From: Thermoproteota archaeon
GTDB lineage: Archaea; Korarchaeota; Korarchaeia; Korarchaeales; Korarchaeaceae
Length of the DNA stretch: 64,000 nt
NCBI GenBank assembly: GCA_026986575.1
Contig: JALSOH010000004.1
Coordinates: 192,001-256,000 of the forward strand
Direction: 5' to 3'
The translations under genes and the position numbers were made by a program. Shown one piece after another: positions 29,062 through 38,680 of this stretch. Positions within the stretch are counted from its first letter, which is position 1, and each line of letters opens with the position of its first letter. The notes below the pieces were generated by a model that worked only from the letters and a program-made list of their open reading frames with translations, ran no database searches and had not been told where the DNA came from.

Positions 29062-29543
29062 TATTCATCATCCCTTACTCCTAGGAAGACGCTCATCCAC
29101 CCATCTACAACTGCCCTCAGGGCATTATAAAGGATGAGTTCTTCAGGCAGAAGATTTTTGGGAGTTCTTTTACTCGTTAATGCTATCGAGGTCCTTATAT
29201 GATTCAAGATCTTGGAAATCCTCTTATTTACTAGGGAAATCGCATCCCTACGTATAAGAGAATCTTCAGGGGACCGCTCCAATATCTCCCGGATCAGTGG
29301 ATATGTGTAAGGAGGGAGTTCTAGGGGCATCAAGGACACTTTCTCCTTGTAAAGCTTCTCACTGATGATCTTCCAGTCCACCTCCTCGACCTCAGCGAAC
29401 CCCTCCTCCGCTAGAATATCAGCCAACCACTTGGGTACTTCCACTTCCACATCCTTGAACAACCTAATTCCAAGCCTCTCCAAGCTCAAATCCCTTTTAG
29501 GTGCGATCTTAACCTGCTGTATCTCTTCTAAGACGCGAGCCAT
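29061..29543 (-). CDS. GINS subunit (Gins23/Psf2-like)
   Basis: EVPKWLA..L, NLLPEE; directly upstream of mcm; start moved to ATG 29543, downstream of a TATA-like box. Confidence 0.8.
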   Translation of the reverse strand: MARVLEEIQQVKIAPKRDLSLERLGIRLFKDVEVEVPKWLADILAEEGFAEVEEVDWKIISEKLYKEKVSLMPLELPPYTYPLIREILERSPEDSLIRRDAISLVNKRISKILNHIRTSIALTSKRTPKNLLPEELILYNALRAVVDGWMSVFLGVRDDE

Positions 29544-29618
29544 TCTCTTAGATATCACGGGAGGGCACCCACCTATTCCAGAAAGTATGTTAAATAAGCA
29601 CGACTCCAAATTCATGCG

Positions 29619-30473
29619 ATGCTGGTAAAGGGCTCTCCAGCGAGCAGCGTAACGCTGATATACAATGACGGCAAGAAAAAGACGTTAAAACTGGCCAAAA
29701 GGCTTGAGAGTCTACTTAAAGAGTCTAAAATAAGGGTTGTGGAACTGGAAGATGGTCCGGACGTGGTCGTGGTGATTGGTGGGGATGGGACGCTCCTCAG
29801 GGCCTTCCATCAGACCTTGGGTGGGGTACCGATATTGGGAGTGAAGGACGGGACGTACGGAACATTGCTGGAGGTCGATCCAGACGAGATAGAGTATATA
29901 CCAGATATATTATCGAGAGGAATGTACTGGCTCGAGGAGGCGTCGACCATTGAAACTAGGGGTAACGTCAGACTCATAGCATTAAACGAGTTCTTGATAA
30001 GGAGTGGAAAGCTAGGTAAGTCGTCTAGGCTTGGAATAGCAGTTGACGGGATTCCAATTGGGGAGTGCATATGTGACGGAGTCATAATATCTACTCCAAC
30101 TGGCTCCCTAGCTTATTCGCTTGCGGCTGGCGGTCCTCTAGTTGATCCCAGATCCAAGGACATGGTCGTGTCCTACGTAGCCCCGTGGCCACCTAGCCTC
30201 ACCCTCGCAGTCAAGTCCTTCGTACTCCCTTTGGAGTCGGAGGTGGAGATATGGTCCCCAGACCCCCAAGCCTACATTGTAGCTGATGGTCTTACTCCAC
30301 TAAAGATGAGACCTCCGATCAGAGTTTCAGGCTCGGATATCAAAGGTGTCTTCGTCCGATTGTCTTCAAACCCAGCCGACTTCTACAAGAGGATAGTCAA
30401 GAGGATGGTTCCAAGGAGGCTAACGGGCATAATGGACTACTTAGAAACAGGCATACTCCCACAAAACCTTTAA
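29619..30473 (+). CDS. nadK: NAD kinase
   Basis: GGDGTLL, LNE, DGVIISTPTGS, YSLAAGGP. Confidence 0.93.
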   Translation: MLVKGSPASSVTLIYNDGKKKTLKLAKRLESLLKESKIRVVELEDGPDVVVVIGGDGTLLRAFHQTLGGVPILGVKDGTYGTLLEVDPDEIEYIPDILSRGMYWLEEASTIETRGNVRLIALNEFLIRSGKLGKSSRLGIAVDGIPIGECICDGVIISTPTGSLAYSLAAGGPLVDPRSKDMVVSYVAPWPPSLTLAVKSFVLPLESEVEIWSPDPQAYIVADGLTPLKMRPPIRVSGSDIKGVFVRLSSNPADFYKRIVKRMVPRRLTGIMDYLETGILPQNL

Positions 30474-30504
30474 ATTCCTGAGAATGAGAAGACATGAATG
30501 CGGG

Positions 30505-30591
30505 GCGGGGGTGGCCGAGCCAGGTCCAAGGCGACGGACTCAAGATCCGTTGGGCGTCAGGCCCGCGTGGGTTCGAATCCCACCCCCCGCA
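30505..30591 (+). tRNA. tRNA-Leu(CAA), long variable arm, CCA not encoded
   Basis: GCGGGGG/CCCCCGC acceptor, ACGGA-CTCAAGA-TCCGT, GTTCGAATC. Confidence 0.96.
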
Positions 30592-30598
30592 TTCAACC

Positions 30599-31747
30599 TC
30601 ACGGTTCCCCGTACTCTTTGAATATCTCCATGAGAACCGGGTTTATCTCAACTATCTTCGTCTTACCCACCGAGGTTCTCCTCACTACACCTGCCGAGTC
30701 CAATCGCTTCAAAATTCTAGATACCTTGCTCTTAGAGAAGCCCGTAAGCTCGGGGAGATCTTTCTGCTCGATTTTCCCTCCTCTCTCTAATATTATATCA
30801 AGTATACTGCGTTCATCCCTGTCAAGCCTCTCCACCAGCTCTCTGTATTGCTCCACTGTCTCATCATCTAAAACTATCTCCTCAGGCGAGGAACCAGACC
30901 ATCCCTCCACTCTGGGTCTCCTTGATGCTCTCCTGTAGAGCATGAAGGCTATCCCTCCCGTTATGACGTTCGATCCTAGAATGACTAGCAGTAACTCCGT
31001 GAGGGGTAGCCCCCCCTCCACACCGTTTAACGGTGTAGTATTGGTGACGACTATTGTGGTCTCTTCGCTCTTAGGGGGCAGAGCTTCTCCCTCCACTCTA
31101 AATACTATGCTGAAGTCCCATGCGTTTCCTCTCGGTAGAGGGAAGGGTTTCCACAATGCTGTCAGCCTCTCAGAGAGAGGATCCATCTCCACTGCACCGG
31201 AAGTCCCTATCTTAGTTATGGCAGCTCCGTATGGAAGTAATATCCTCATCGTGGACCTGTTATATTCTACGGTAGCATTGGGCATGTAAAAGCGATATAC
31301 TAGCCTATACGTGTTGTCTTTAAGCCTGACCAGTATGGTGTTCGGCTTGAACATGAAGGAGAATGTAATATTCCTTACATCACCGGGACCCATCTCCTTT
31401 CCGAATCTGACCAGTATGACGTCGGCATAGGACTCCGTTTCTATCTTACTCACGGAGATGTCCCCCGATAGCGGCCTCAGATTCTCTATGCCTTTATACG
31501 GGTTCTCCATGACTATACCTACCGGTAGTATTGGGAACATCAGGGAGTTAACGCTACCATTGTACTCTTCACTGACAACGATCTCAGCGGTGATCGTTAC
31601 CTTAACAGACGTATTCTCATAAAGCTCCGTACTAACATTCATTTTATTTATAGTCACGCCAGCGACGGGTCCCCCGACGGAGTGGAAACTCAACTGGGCT
31701 ATTATGAGTAGAAGTATTCCCGCTAGTATCGTTGCGTTTTGTTTCAT
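30599..31747 (-). CDS. Membrane-anchored protein: signal peptide, beta-rich ectodomain, one TM helix, cytoplasmic winged-HTH (COG2512-like)
   Basis: N-terminal hydrophobic signal; many N-x-S/T sequons; TM ~aa250-272; QKDL...FSKSKVSRILKRL..GVV wHTH. Confidence 0.82.
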   Translation of the reverse strand: MKQNATILAGILLLIIAQLSFHSVGGPVAGVTINKMNVSTELYENTSVKVTITAEIVVSEEYNGSVNSLMFPILPVGIVMENPYKGIENLRPLSGDISVSKIETESYADVILVRFGKEMGPGDVRNITFSFMFKPNTILVRLKDNTYRLVYRFYMPNATVEYNRSTMRILLPYGAAITKIGTSGAVEMDPLSERLTALWKPFPLPRGNAWDFSIVFRVEGEALPPKSEETTIVVTNTTPLNGVEGGLPLTELLLVILGSNVITGGIAFMLYRRASRRPRVEGWSGSSPEEIVLDDETVEQYRELVERLDRDERSILDIILERGGKIEQKDLPELTGFSKSKVSRILKRLDSAGVVRRTSVGKTKIVEINPVLMEIFKEYGEP

Positions 31748-31835
31748 AAGCTCTTCACCTTTTTATAGCTACCTAAGGGGAAACCTAGGAAAACATTATT
31801 AAACTATCACGGCTCTAGTCGATGGGAGACCTGAC

Positions 31836-32261
31836 TTGAAGACAAATCCCCTCCTTTTTCAGTACGTAGTAAACTGGGTTAGGAAATTGAACTCACGAGC
31901 GTCCTTTTCTGATGTAGAGGTTATAGTAGAGGGCCCGAATGATGAAGCTGCTTTAGAGGACATAGGTGTTCATGCTACCTTCACGCACGCCTCTTGGCTG
32001 ATTAGGGACATCAGAGAGCTGGGGGGGATTAGAGTAATAGGCAGGACTTTTATCATACTTACGGATTTTGATACGGAAGGCTCAGCTTTACACGATAGAT
32101 TGAAGAGAATAATCACAGAAATGGGAGGAAAAGTAGATGAGTTTTCCAGAAGTTACTATAAGTCTATAGGTCTTCCCCCTTTGGTGGAGGAGGTAAACGG
32201 CTTCCTGAAGAGGAGGGTCGTGGATTGGAGCATACCTACCGAAGATTGGCGATCAGAGTAA
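31836..32261 (+). CDS. Small TOPRIM-domain protein
   Basis: IVEGPND, ILTDFDTEG. Confidence 0.85.
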   Translation: MKTNPLLFQYVVNWVRKLNSRASFSDVEVIVEGPNDEAALEDIGVHATFTHASWLIRDIRELGGIRVIGRTFIILTDFDTEGSALHDRLKRIITEMGGKVDEFSRSYYKSIGLPPLVEEVNGFLKRRVVDWSIPTEDWRSE

Positions 32262-32731
32262 CACTGGTAGCTGAAGTCTACCCGACTGAAGACATCAAAA
32301 GGGTTCTCCAAGCTATGAACACTATAATCCCGTTCAGCGAGGAGGTCGACGATGTCGATATAGAGGAGGAAGGACAAAGGAAGCTGATAAGGGTGAGGAA
32401 GGAGGGTTATGAGGCACTAATTAAACTGAGATCGGCATTCAGAAATAACAGAATATTAGATACTGCGAGAAGTCTGCTAATGACGAGGAGAGGTAACCTG
32501 AGAGCTTTGAGATTCCACAAACAGGCAGCATACGTCGGTAAGGTGAGACTTTGCGATGAAGACGAGATGTCCCCCTTGGGTGTGATATCACTCATCATAG
32601 ATTACGAAGGGGATGCCCAAATACTGGCCGACTGGCTCGCCCCCAAAACGGAGAGAGGAAGGCCCATTAGAGAGGCCACCACTCATGAACTGCTCTACGG
32701 AAGGACTAACCCATCAGAGATCGACAGCTAG
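32225..32731 (+). CDS. UPF0201/DUF54 predicted RNA-binding protein
   Basis: VYPTED, RILDTAR, HKQAAYVG, SPLG, WLAPKT. Confidence 0.85.
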   Translation: MEHTYRRLAIRVTLVAEVYPTEDIKRVLQAMNTIIPFSEEVDDVDIEEEGQRKLIRVRKEGYEALIKLRSAFRNNRILDTARSLLMTRRGNLRALRFHKQAAYVGKVRLCDEDEMSPLGVISLIIDYEGDAQILADWLAPKTERGRPIREATTHELLYGRTNPSEIDS

Positions 32732-33643
32732 AAAATCCCGAGCAGCAATAACTTGTCCACCATAAGCTTTAGCGGCCTCCTCTTCGAACCTAACTAGATC
32801 CCCCCCCCTATATCTAGCGCTGAAGTGCGTCAGGATTAACTTCTTGACGCCAGCAGCCTCCGCAATCTTACCAGCCTCCAGTGCGGTGCTATGTCCGGTA
32901 GCTACAGCCCTATCCCTCAACTCATCGAGGTAAGTGGCCTCGTGTATCAGGGCATCAGCTCCCTTTGCCGCAGATATGACCGATTCGGTAGGCCTAGTAT
33001 CGGATGAGTATACGAGGATGGCTCCCCTGCGGGGCGGGCCCATAACGTCTTGAGGCCTCACAATTCTACCATCGGGCAGCTTTACAGAGAATCCCCTCTG
33101 GAGAACGCTTCTTAATACTAAAGGAACGCCGAGCTCATCCGCCTTCATGGGATCGAATTTTCCCGGCCTATCCCTCTCTCTGATCCTGACTCCATAGGTC
33201 TCGAATCCAGCATGGTCGACGGGAAAGAACTCTACGGTGAACTTACCTAGTTCTATGGCCTTGGAGGTCTCTATCTCTCTGAACACCACTTTGAACTGCG
33301 GTTTAGAGCCGGTCTTCTCCTCAACCTGCTCCAGTATATAACGCAAATCCTTAGGTCCGATTACTAGGAGCTCAGAGCCCTTCCGCAGTATGCTCAGGGA
33401 CTGGATCATAGGCATGAGCCCGAAAAAGTGATCCCCATGGAGATGAGTTATGATCACCTTGTTTATCTTCATTAAGCTCTCCTTGGCCCTGATCAGCTGC
33501 CTCTGGGTGCCTTCACCGCAGTCCAATAGAAGAGAATCCCCTGATGTCTTCACAAGGATGGCAGGCAACCCCCTGTCGTCAGTAGGTACCGCTGAACTCG
33601 TTCCGAGGAACCTCACCCTCACTCTCTCAGCCTCACTACCCAT
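32714..33643 (-). CDS. rnz: Ribonuclease Z (tRNA 3' endonuclease)
   Basis: LGTSSAVP, DCGEGTQ, THLHGDH, flexible arm, HEAT, HST, THFSARY. Confidence 0.95.
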   Translation of the reverse strand: MGSEAERVRVRFLGTSSAVPTDDRGLPAILVKTSGDSLLLDCGEGTQRQLIRAKESLMKINKVIITHLHGDHFFGLMPMIQSLSILRKGSELLVIGPKDLRYILEQVEEKTGSKPQFKVVFREIETSKAIELGKFTVEFFPVDHAGFETYGVRIRERDRPGKFDPMKADELGVPLVLRSVLQRGFSVKLPDGRIVRPQDVMGPPRRGAILVYSSDTRPTESVISAAKGADALIHEATYLDELRDRAVATGHSTALEAGKIAEAAGVKKLILTHFSARYRGGDLVRFEEEAAKAYGGQVIAARDFLAVDL

Positions 33644-34656
33644 ATCCTCCTAGTGAGGGACCTGTGCTCCCTCACATCAAAATATTCAACTACCTCAAAT
33701 CCGCTACAGCTGAAATCGTCCTCGCTTAGATGATCCACGGGGACCGAGATCGCCATCCATCCGTTCTCCTTCAGGTATACTGGGGCCTTTCTTACAAAAT
33801 CTTTGGCCAAATCTTCAGGCGATCTACCTACTGCCGAGCTCATCCGCCCATAGGGCGGATCCGTAACTATACGATCAGCTCTCTCCTCCAACTGAAGGCT
33901 TAACGCATCTCCGACCATCAGCTTGAAACCATCTAGAAAACCATAGGCTACGAGGTTGTTCTTGGCCTCTATAACTCTACTCTCGCTTATATCGGCACCC
34001 ACCAAGCGGGCACCAACAGATAATACTTCAAGAGCTATGCCCCCAACCCCCAAGAAAGGATCCAGTACCAGATCTCCCTCACGAGTCCTCGCTAGATTCA
34101 CCATAGCTCTAGCTAGAGTAGGTCTCATGGAAGCCGGATGGACGAAAGGTCGCGCAGCAACCTCCTTTATCTTGAAAGATGTTCTGTCCACCTCAACCTC
34201 CTTAACGTAGATCACTAGCAGCCCAGAGGTCATCACTATCACTACCTCGGAATTGGGATTGGTAAGGTCAACCTTGGAATGGGGATTCCCCCTCAGCACC
34301 CAACCGCCGACCTCCCTCTCCACCTCCACCCGTTTTAGTTCACTGCAACATCCCCTTACTCTAATGGCGGTAGCTCTGAACCTCCCACCGACTTTGGGCG
34401 GGTCGAATCCTTTCAACCCCTGTGGAAAGTCGGCTGGGTTGAGAGCTGCTAGGAACCTCCCCATGGATCTAGTGTATGCGAGTCTAGAGGCCGCCTTCCT
34501 CATGAGTGAGCTAAAGAGACCGCTCACCTCTAAGACCAGCACTGAGTCCAAGTCCAGATATGTCTCGAATCCAACTTCTAATGACTCTAGAACGGCCTTG
34601 ACTTCGGCCTTAGGGAGGGACGGGTGCTCACCCGATAAGTGAAACGCTATCTTCAA
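33619..34656 (-). CDS. trmG10: tRNA (guanine-10 N2)-methyltransferase, THUMP + MTase
   Basis: SGEHP, VDLTNP, LARAMVNL, DPFLGVGG, TDPPYG. Confidence 0.9.
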   Translation of the reverse strand: MKIAFHLSGEHPSLPKAEVKAVLESLEVGFETYLDLDSVLVLEVSGLFSSLMRKAASRLAYTRSMGRFLAALNPADFPQGLKGFDPPKVGGRFRATAIRVRGCCSELKRVEVEREVGGWVLRGNPHSKVDLTNPNSEVVIVMTSGLLVIYVKEVEVDRTSFKIKEVAARPFVHPASMRPTLARAMVNLARTREGDLVLDPFLGVGGIALEVLSVGARLVGADISESRVIEAKNNLVAYGFLDGFKLMVGDALSLQLEERADRIVTDPPYGRMSSAVGRSPEDLAKDFVRKAPVYLKENGWMAISVPVDHLSEDDFSCSGFEVVEYFDVREHRSLTRRIWVVRLRE

Positions 34657-35677
34657 TCTGCCTCCCTCCTAGCTTTGATCCGACGATTCTCAGCAGTTTT
34701 TCTATACCGAAACCGCTCTCTGCGGATATCTCCACGAATTCGGCTCCTTCTCTTTCTAAGAAGTTTCTGATCTCTGAGAACTTAGCTGTATAGTCTTTTT
34801 CCAGATCCCTCTTGTTGATCACGGCTATGATCTCCTCGGAGAAGTTAGTCACGATCTCCTTGAACAGGGATCTCTGCTCCTCCAGCGTATAACCACAAGT
34901 CTCGGTGGGATCGAGCAAGTACAGGACTAGGCCACCTACATGCTTGAGGGCCGCTATAGCCTGCATCTCTATCCTATTCCTCTTGGAGATGGGTCTATCC
35001 AGCAAGCCAGGAGTGTCAATGAACTGGACCTTCCCAATACCCTCTAGGTCCCGGTGTCCTATTATAATGCCTTTGGTGGTGAAGGGGTAGGGAGCTATCT
35101 CGGGTTCCTTGGTGGTAATCTTGGAGAGAAGAGTGCTTTTTCCCGTATTGGGCATACCAGCTATTATTACAGAGGGGAGAGTGGGATCCAAATCCGGCAA
35201 ATTCCTGAGCTTAGGTACTACCTCCCTCAAGAAGTCCACTTCTGGTCTAACCCTCTTCAATACGGATGATATCCTACCCGCCGCCTCTCTCCTGAGGGTC
35301 GCCATGCGTTTAGGGTCTTCTGTCCAATTTATCTTAGAGATATAGGATCTGGAGATCCTCGAGATCGTCTTAGAGGCCCATTTAACGGCGCCTAGAGCGT
35401 GCCTTACTTGATCCACATCAGCTAAGACGTTCAAAAGTTCTCTATAGAAGGGATCTAACCTTTCAACGCTGGGAAAGGATTTCACCACCCTATCCAGCCT
35501 GCTGACCACTGTGTCAGAGATCGTCTGGATTCTGGATATTTCCCTAGATCTGTAGATCACTATCCTGTCTCCCCTCCTCGACACAGGCTTGGGTTTCTTG
35601 AAAGCCCTCCTGAAGGAGATGTCTAGCAGTTCATCCACGTCTAGAGGGACTACGGCCCTCCTGAAGGGGTTAGGCAA
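34628..35677 (-). CDS. NOG1-family GTPase
   Basis: GMPNTGKST, PFTTKG, DTPGLLDRP, NKRD; TTG 35677 start. Confidence 0.92.
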   Translation of the reverse strand: MPNPFRRAVVPLDVDELLDISFRRAFKKPKPVSRRGDRIVIYRSREISRIQTISDTVVSRLDRVVKSFPSVERLDPFYRELLNVLADVDQVRHALGAVKWASKTISRISRSYISKINWTEDPKRMATLRREAAGRISSVLKRVRPEVDFLREVVPKLRNLPDLDPTLPSVIIAGMPNTGKSTLLSKITTKEPEIAPYPFTTKGIIIGHRDLEGIGKVQFIDTPGLLDRPISKRNRIEMQAIAALKHVGGLVLYLLDPTETCGYTLEEQRSLFKEIVTNFSEEIIAVINKRDLEKDYTAKFSEIRNFLEREGAEFVEISAESGFGIEKLLRIVGSKLGGRQIEDSVSLIG

Positions 35678-35682
35678 TTCTA

Positions 35683-36819
35683 TCAACTCAGGAAGAATAG
35701 AAGGACATTGTATATCAGCATTAGCGCGATAGGTGCTGACACGGCCCATGTTAGCTTGCGGGCCATCTCCTCATCGCCCAAGTACATGGTAAGTATCTCT
35801 GAGAGGACCAACCCTCCATCCAAAGGTAACATGGGCAGGGCATTGAGGCCAGCCAGTCCCAGATTGAACATTATCAGGAACCCGAATAGCTCTATCAGTT
35901 GGATCGCTATCCCGGTCGGCATAGGGACTATGGGGTCGAAGTAAGGCACCCTCGATAGCATCACCCCCAAGAAGGGTGAGCTTTGGTTGTCAGGCCTAGA
36001 TCCCAGCCTCACCCTGTAGGTGCCTCTATCAGTGACGACATCCACCTCCTGACCGGGTCTCAGCTTTTCAAGTGCCTTCACCAAACCCGCGAAATCCCTA
36101 ACCCTGTAACCATCTATCTGCCTTATGACAACTCCATCCGGGAGTATTCCGTAGGATGGCCCACCTTCTATAACCTCCTGAACATACACCCCAGAAGGAT
36201 GGGACATCCCTGGGAATATCGAGAAACCCGGGAATATTATCATGGCTAGAAGTAGGGCCACGAAGAATGTAGTGAAGTTCATGAAGATCCCCGCCGAATA
36301 AACACCCATCCTCTTAAGAGGCTCCAGCTTCTTGATTATCTCCTCATCTGGCTCGACAAAAGCACCTAACAGGACAAATAGAACGAAAAAAGCTATCTTC
36401 TTGATAGGAACCCCGAAGTACCAGCTAGCAGCGGCATGTCCAAATTCATGCACGGCTAGTATCACGAATATGGAGATCAGGAGAGGAGCGGATATGTCGA
36501 AGGTGACCCCTGGTATCACAGGGGCTATCTGGGCGACCTTCGGACCGAATAAAGTGTCTATGGTTATTTTGACGAGAAATATAAGAAATAACATGGAGGA
36601 GATCAGGAGAGCGCCGATCCCGACCTTGTATAGAGGACCGACGAACCTAGCCAGTCCTCCTATGATTCCTCTGAAGCTTTCTGGCTTGAAAGACAACTCC
36701 AAGTAGAAGACGCCTATCTTAGCCTTCTCTCCCCCGAGATAACGGTTCAATAAGAGGCCAACAACGTAGGCCACAGCCCAAAATATGAGGAAGTTCACTA
36801 GGAAACCTTGGGATATCAA
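35683..36819 (-). CDS. Site-2 (M50) intramembrane metalloprotease with PDZ domain
   Basis: HEFGH, GAFVEPD, NALPMLPLDGG, PDZ-like insert. Confidence 0.93.
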   Translation of the reverse strand: MISQGFLVNFLIFWAVAYVVGLLLNRYLGGEKAKIGVFYLELSFKPESFRGIIGGLARFVGPLYKVGIGALLISSMLFLIFLVKITIDTLFGPKVAQIAPVIPGVTFDISAPLLISIFVILAVHEFGHAAASWYFGVPIKKIAFFVLFVLLGAFVEPDEEIIKKLEPLKRMGVYSAGIFMNFTTFFVALLLAMIIFPGFSIFPGMSHPSGVYVQEVIEGGPSYGILPDGVVIRQIDGYRVRDFAGLVKALEKLRPGQEVDVVTDRGTYRVRLGSRPDNQSSPFLGVMLSRVPYFDPIVPMPTGIAIQLIELFGFLIMFNLGLAGLNALPMLPLDGGLVLSEILTMYLGDEEMARKLTWAVSAPIALMLIYNVLLFFLS

Positions 36820-36825
36820 GACGGA

Positions 36826-37950
36826 TCAACCTTTCAAGAGGTGCGCCAAGAACTCCGCCATCTCATACACGGAAGGGAGTTTGACGTACTCATCCGCTGA
36901 GTGGTGATTACCTCCCTCAGGCCCCAGTATGACTGGCTTGATGCTGGCCATCTTGTAGAGGTAATTGGCATCAGAGACCGTCCTGTAAACATCCGTCTCA
37001 AGACGCCCTCCCAACACATTCTCTGCAACTTCTTGCACTTTCTTAACGAAGTCGTCGTCCTCAGGAAGCTCGTAAGGCTCCATGAAGGGAGTAGGCCTCT
37101 TCATTAAGGATATCTTGATTTTGGCCTTCAACTCCGGTGTTTTCCTTAGATGATCCATGAACTTCTTCCTTATAACACCCGGATCGTTACCGGGCGGGTA
37201 ATGCCTATCCAGCCTGACCAGGCATCTGTCCGGATGGGCCATCACTAGCTCCGGGGACTTTATACTCAAGGGAGCTACGCTACCACCTATTCCATCGACC
37301 TTGGGCAGGTCCACGGCCCATAGAATGATCTTGGCCGCTTCTATAACGGCGTTTATACCGGCCTCCTCAGTTCCAGGTGCTGCCAATCCCTTTATGTCGA
37401 CATCGAATACGAACCTGCCGAATGCTCCCCTGAAGAGCTTCTTATTGGTAGGTCCGGCAACAATGGCCTCACTGACTCGTGGAAGGATGCCACTCTTCAG
37501 GAGCTCGTAGGTCCCCCTGCTGAAACCCTCGGCATCGCATACAGCAGCAAAGACAACTCCCCTACTATCATCCCATTTTGAGGCAGCTATGAAGGCCTCT
37601 ATCATCGCAGCCAGCATTCCCTTGTCGTCAAAAACCCCCAGCCCATAGAGTTTGTCTTCTTCCAGCTCTCCCCAAGGATTCTTGGTCCAATTAGAGTATA
37701 TCTCGAATGTATCGGTGTGGGCAAGGAACAGCAAGTTATCCTGATCTTTCACGTTGAGGAAGGCCACGACATTACCTGCGCAGTCCTTGACCGGTTGGTG
37801 GACGACCTTGTCAGCGTACCTCGATAGAGTATCCGTTATATAGTAAACGGCCTCGCCTTCCCTGCCCCTCAAGCTCTTTATACCGACTAGATCTATCAGC
37901 AAATTGCGCGTCCTTTCCTGATCCGTGAGGCCCATCTGATCCCCCCTCAT
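36826..37950 (-). CDS. M20/ArgE/DapE-family metallohydrolase with atypical active-site motifs
   Basis: AHTDT, GVFDDKG, DAEG, HSADE. Confidence 0.82.
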   Translation of the reverse strand: MRGDQMGLTDQERTRNLLIDLVGIKSLRGREGEAVYYITDTLSRYADKVVHQPVKDCAGNVVAFLNVKDQDNLLFLAHTDTFEIYSNWTKNPWGELEEDKLYGLGVFDDKGMLAAMIEAFIAASKWDDSRGVVFAAVCDAEGFSRGTYELLKSGILPRVSEAIVAGPTNKKLFRGAFGRFVFDVDIKGLAAPGTEEAGINAVIEAAKIILWAVDLPKVDGIGGSVAPLSIKSPELVMAHPDRCLVRLDRHYPPGNDPGVIRKKFMDHLRKTPELKAKIKISLMKRPTPFMEPYELPEDDDFVKKVQEVAENVLGGRLETDVYRTVSDANYLYKMASIKPVILGPEGGNHHSADEYVKLPSVYEMAEFLAHLLKG

Positions 37951-38543
37951 GCCGCTCTCAGGGGGATATACAGCTGCCTAGCACCCGATTCGGTAATCAC
38001 CAGCAGGTCCACACCATCTCCTGACAAGGCGTCCCTCGATATGGCCTCCTTCATCGCCTTCTCAGCTAGAGAGAGGGCTTCCTCTTCACCCAAGTCCTCC
38101 TTATATTCCCTCTCCAAGATACCCGTGGCTATCTGAGCTCCAGTGCCTACAGCCGCGAACTTTTCCTCCATAAGTCCTCCGGCAGGATCTAAGACCAATA
38201 TCTTGGATTCTCCATCCTCTAAACCACCTACTATAAGCTCAGCGTAATAGATCCCCCTGAATCTCCCCTGATAGAGAAGCAGGGATAGCAGCTTGGCGAC
38301 ATTCGTGGGAGAAGCTTTCTTATCCAAATCCAGCTCATACAAGGTCATATTGAACTTCACGACATCGATCAACTCTTGGAAGTCGCCAGGGAGTCCGGCA
38401 GTAGAAATGCCGACCCTATCATTAACTAGGAATACTTTCTTGGCGGACTTGCTGAGGACGAATGTACCGTAAGATACTCTCCTGTCCGCCGCGAGAACAA
38501 CACCGCCCTTGAATTTCAAGCCCAGAGCAGTAGCCAGAACCAC
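37947..38543 (-). CDS. psmB: Proteasome beta subunit, probably the non-catalytic type
   Basis: GVVLAADRR, GDFQ, AVGTG, RDALSGDG; GTG start after SD GAGGGGTG. The ORF-track extension runs into the tRNA. Confidence 0.92.
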   Translation of the reverse strand: MVLATALGLKFKGGVVLAADRRVSYGTFVLSKSAKKVFLVNDRVGISTAGLPGDFQELIDVVKFNMTLYELDLDKKASPTNVAKLLSLLLYQGRFRGIYYAELIVGGLEDGESKILVLDPAGGLMEEKFAAVGTGAQIATGILEREYKEDLGEEEALSLAEKAMKEAISRDALSGDGVDLLVITESGARQLYIPLRAA

Positions 38544-38564
38544 TGTAACACCCCTCAAGTTAAA

Positions 38565-38642
38565 TGGAGCCCCGGGCGGGATTCGAACCCGCGGCCTCCG
38601 CCTTACCAAGGCGGCGCTCTAACCGAGCTGAGCTACCGGGGC
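38565..38642 (-). tRNA. tRNA-Thr(GGT), CCA encoded
   Basis: GCCCCGG/CCGGGGC acceptor, CCGCC-TTGGTAA-GGCGG, GTTCGAATC; TTTATAAA at 38668-38675. Confidence 0.97.
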
Positions 38643-38680
38643 CCACCTCAAACTGTATCCTGATCTCTTTATAAATGCTA

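Noticed and set aside
30494-30938. Plus-strand ORFs spanning tRNA-Leu
   Set aside because: They overlap the tRNA and are antisense to the wHTH gene; the GCGGG duplication just 5' of the tRNA is too short to interpret
38544-38609. N-terminal extensions of psmB and of the 40330 ORF given in the ORF track
   Set aside because: They are read-through of tRNA sequence; SD-supported starts lie 3' of the tRNAs
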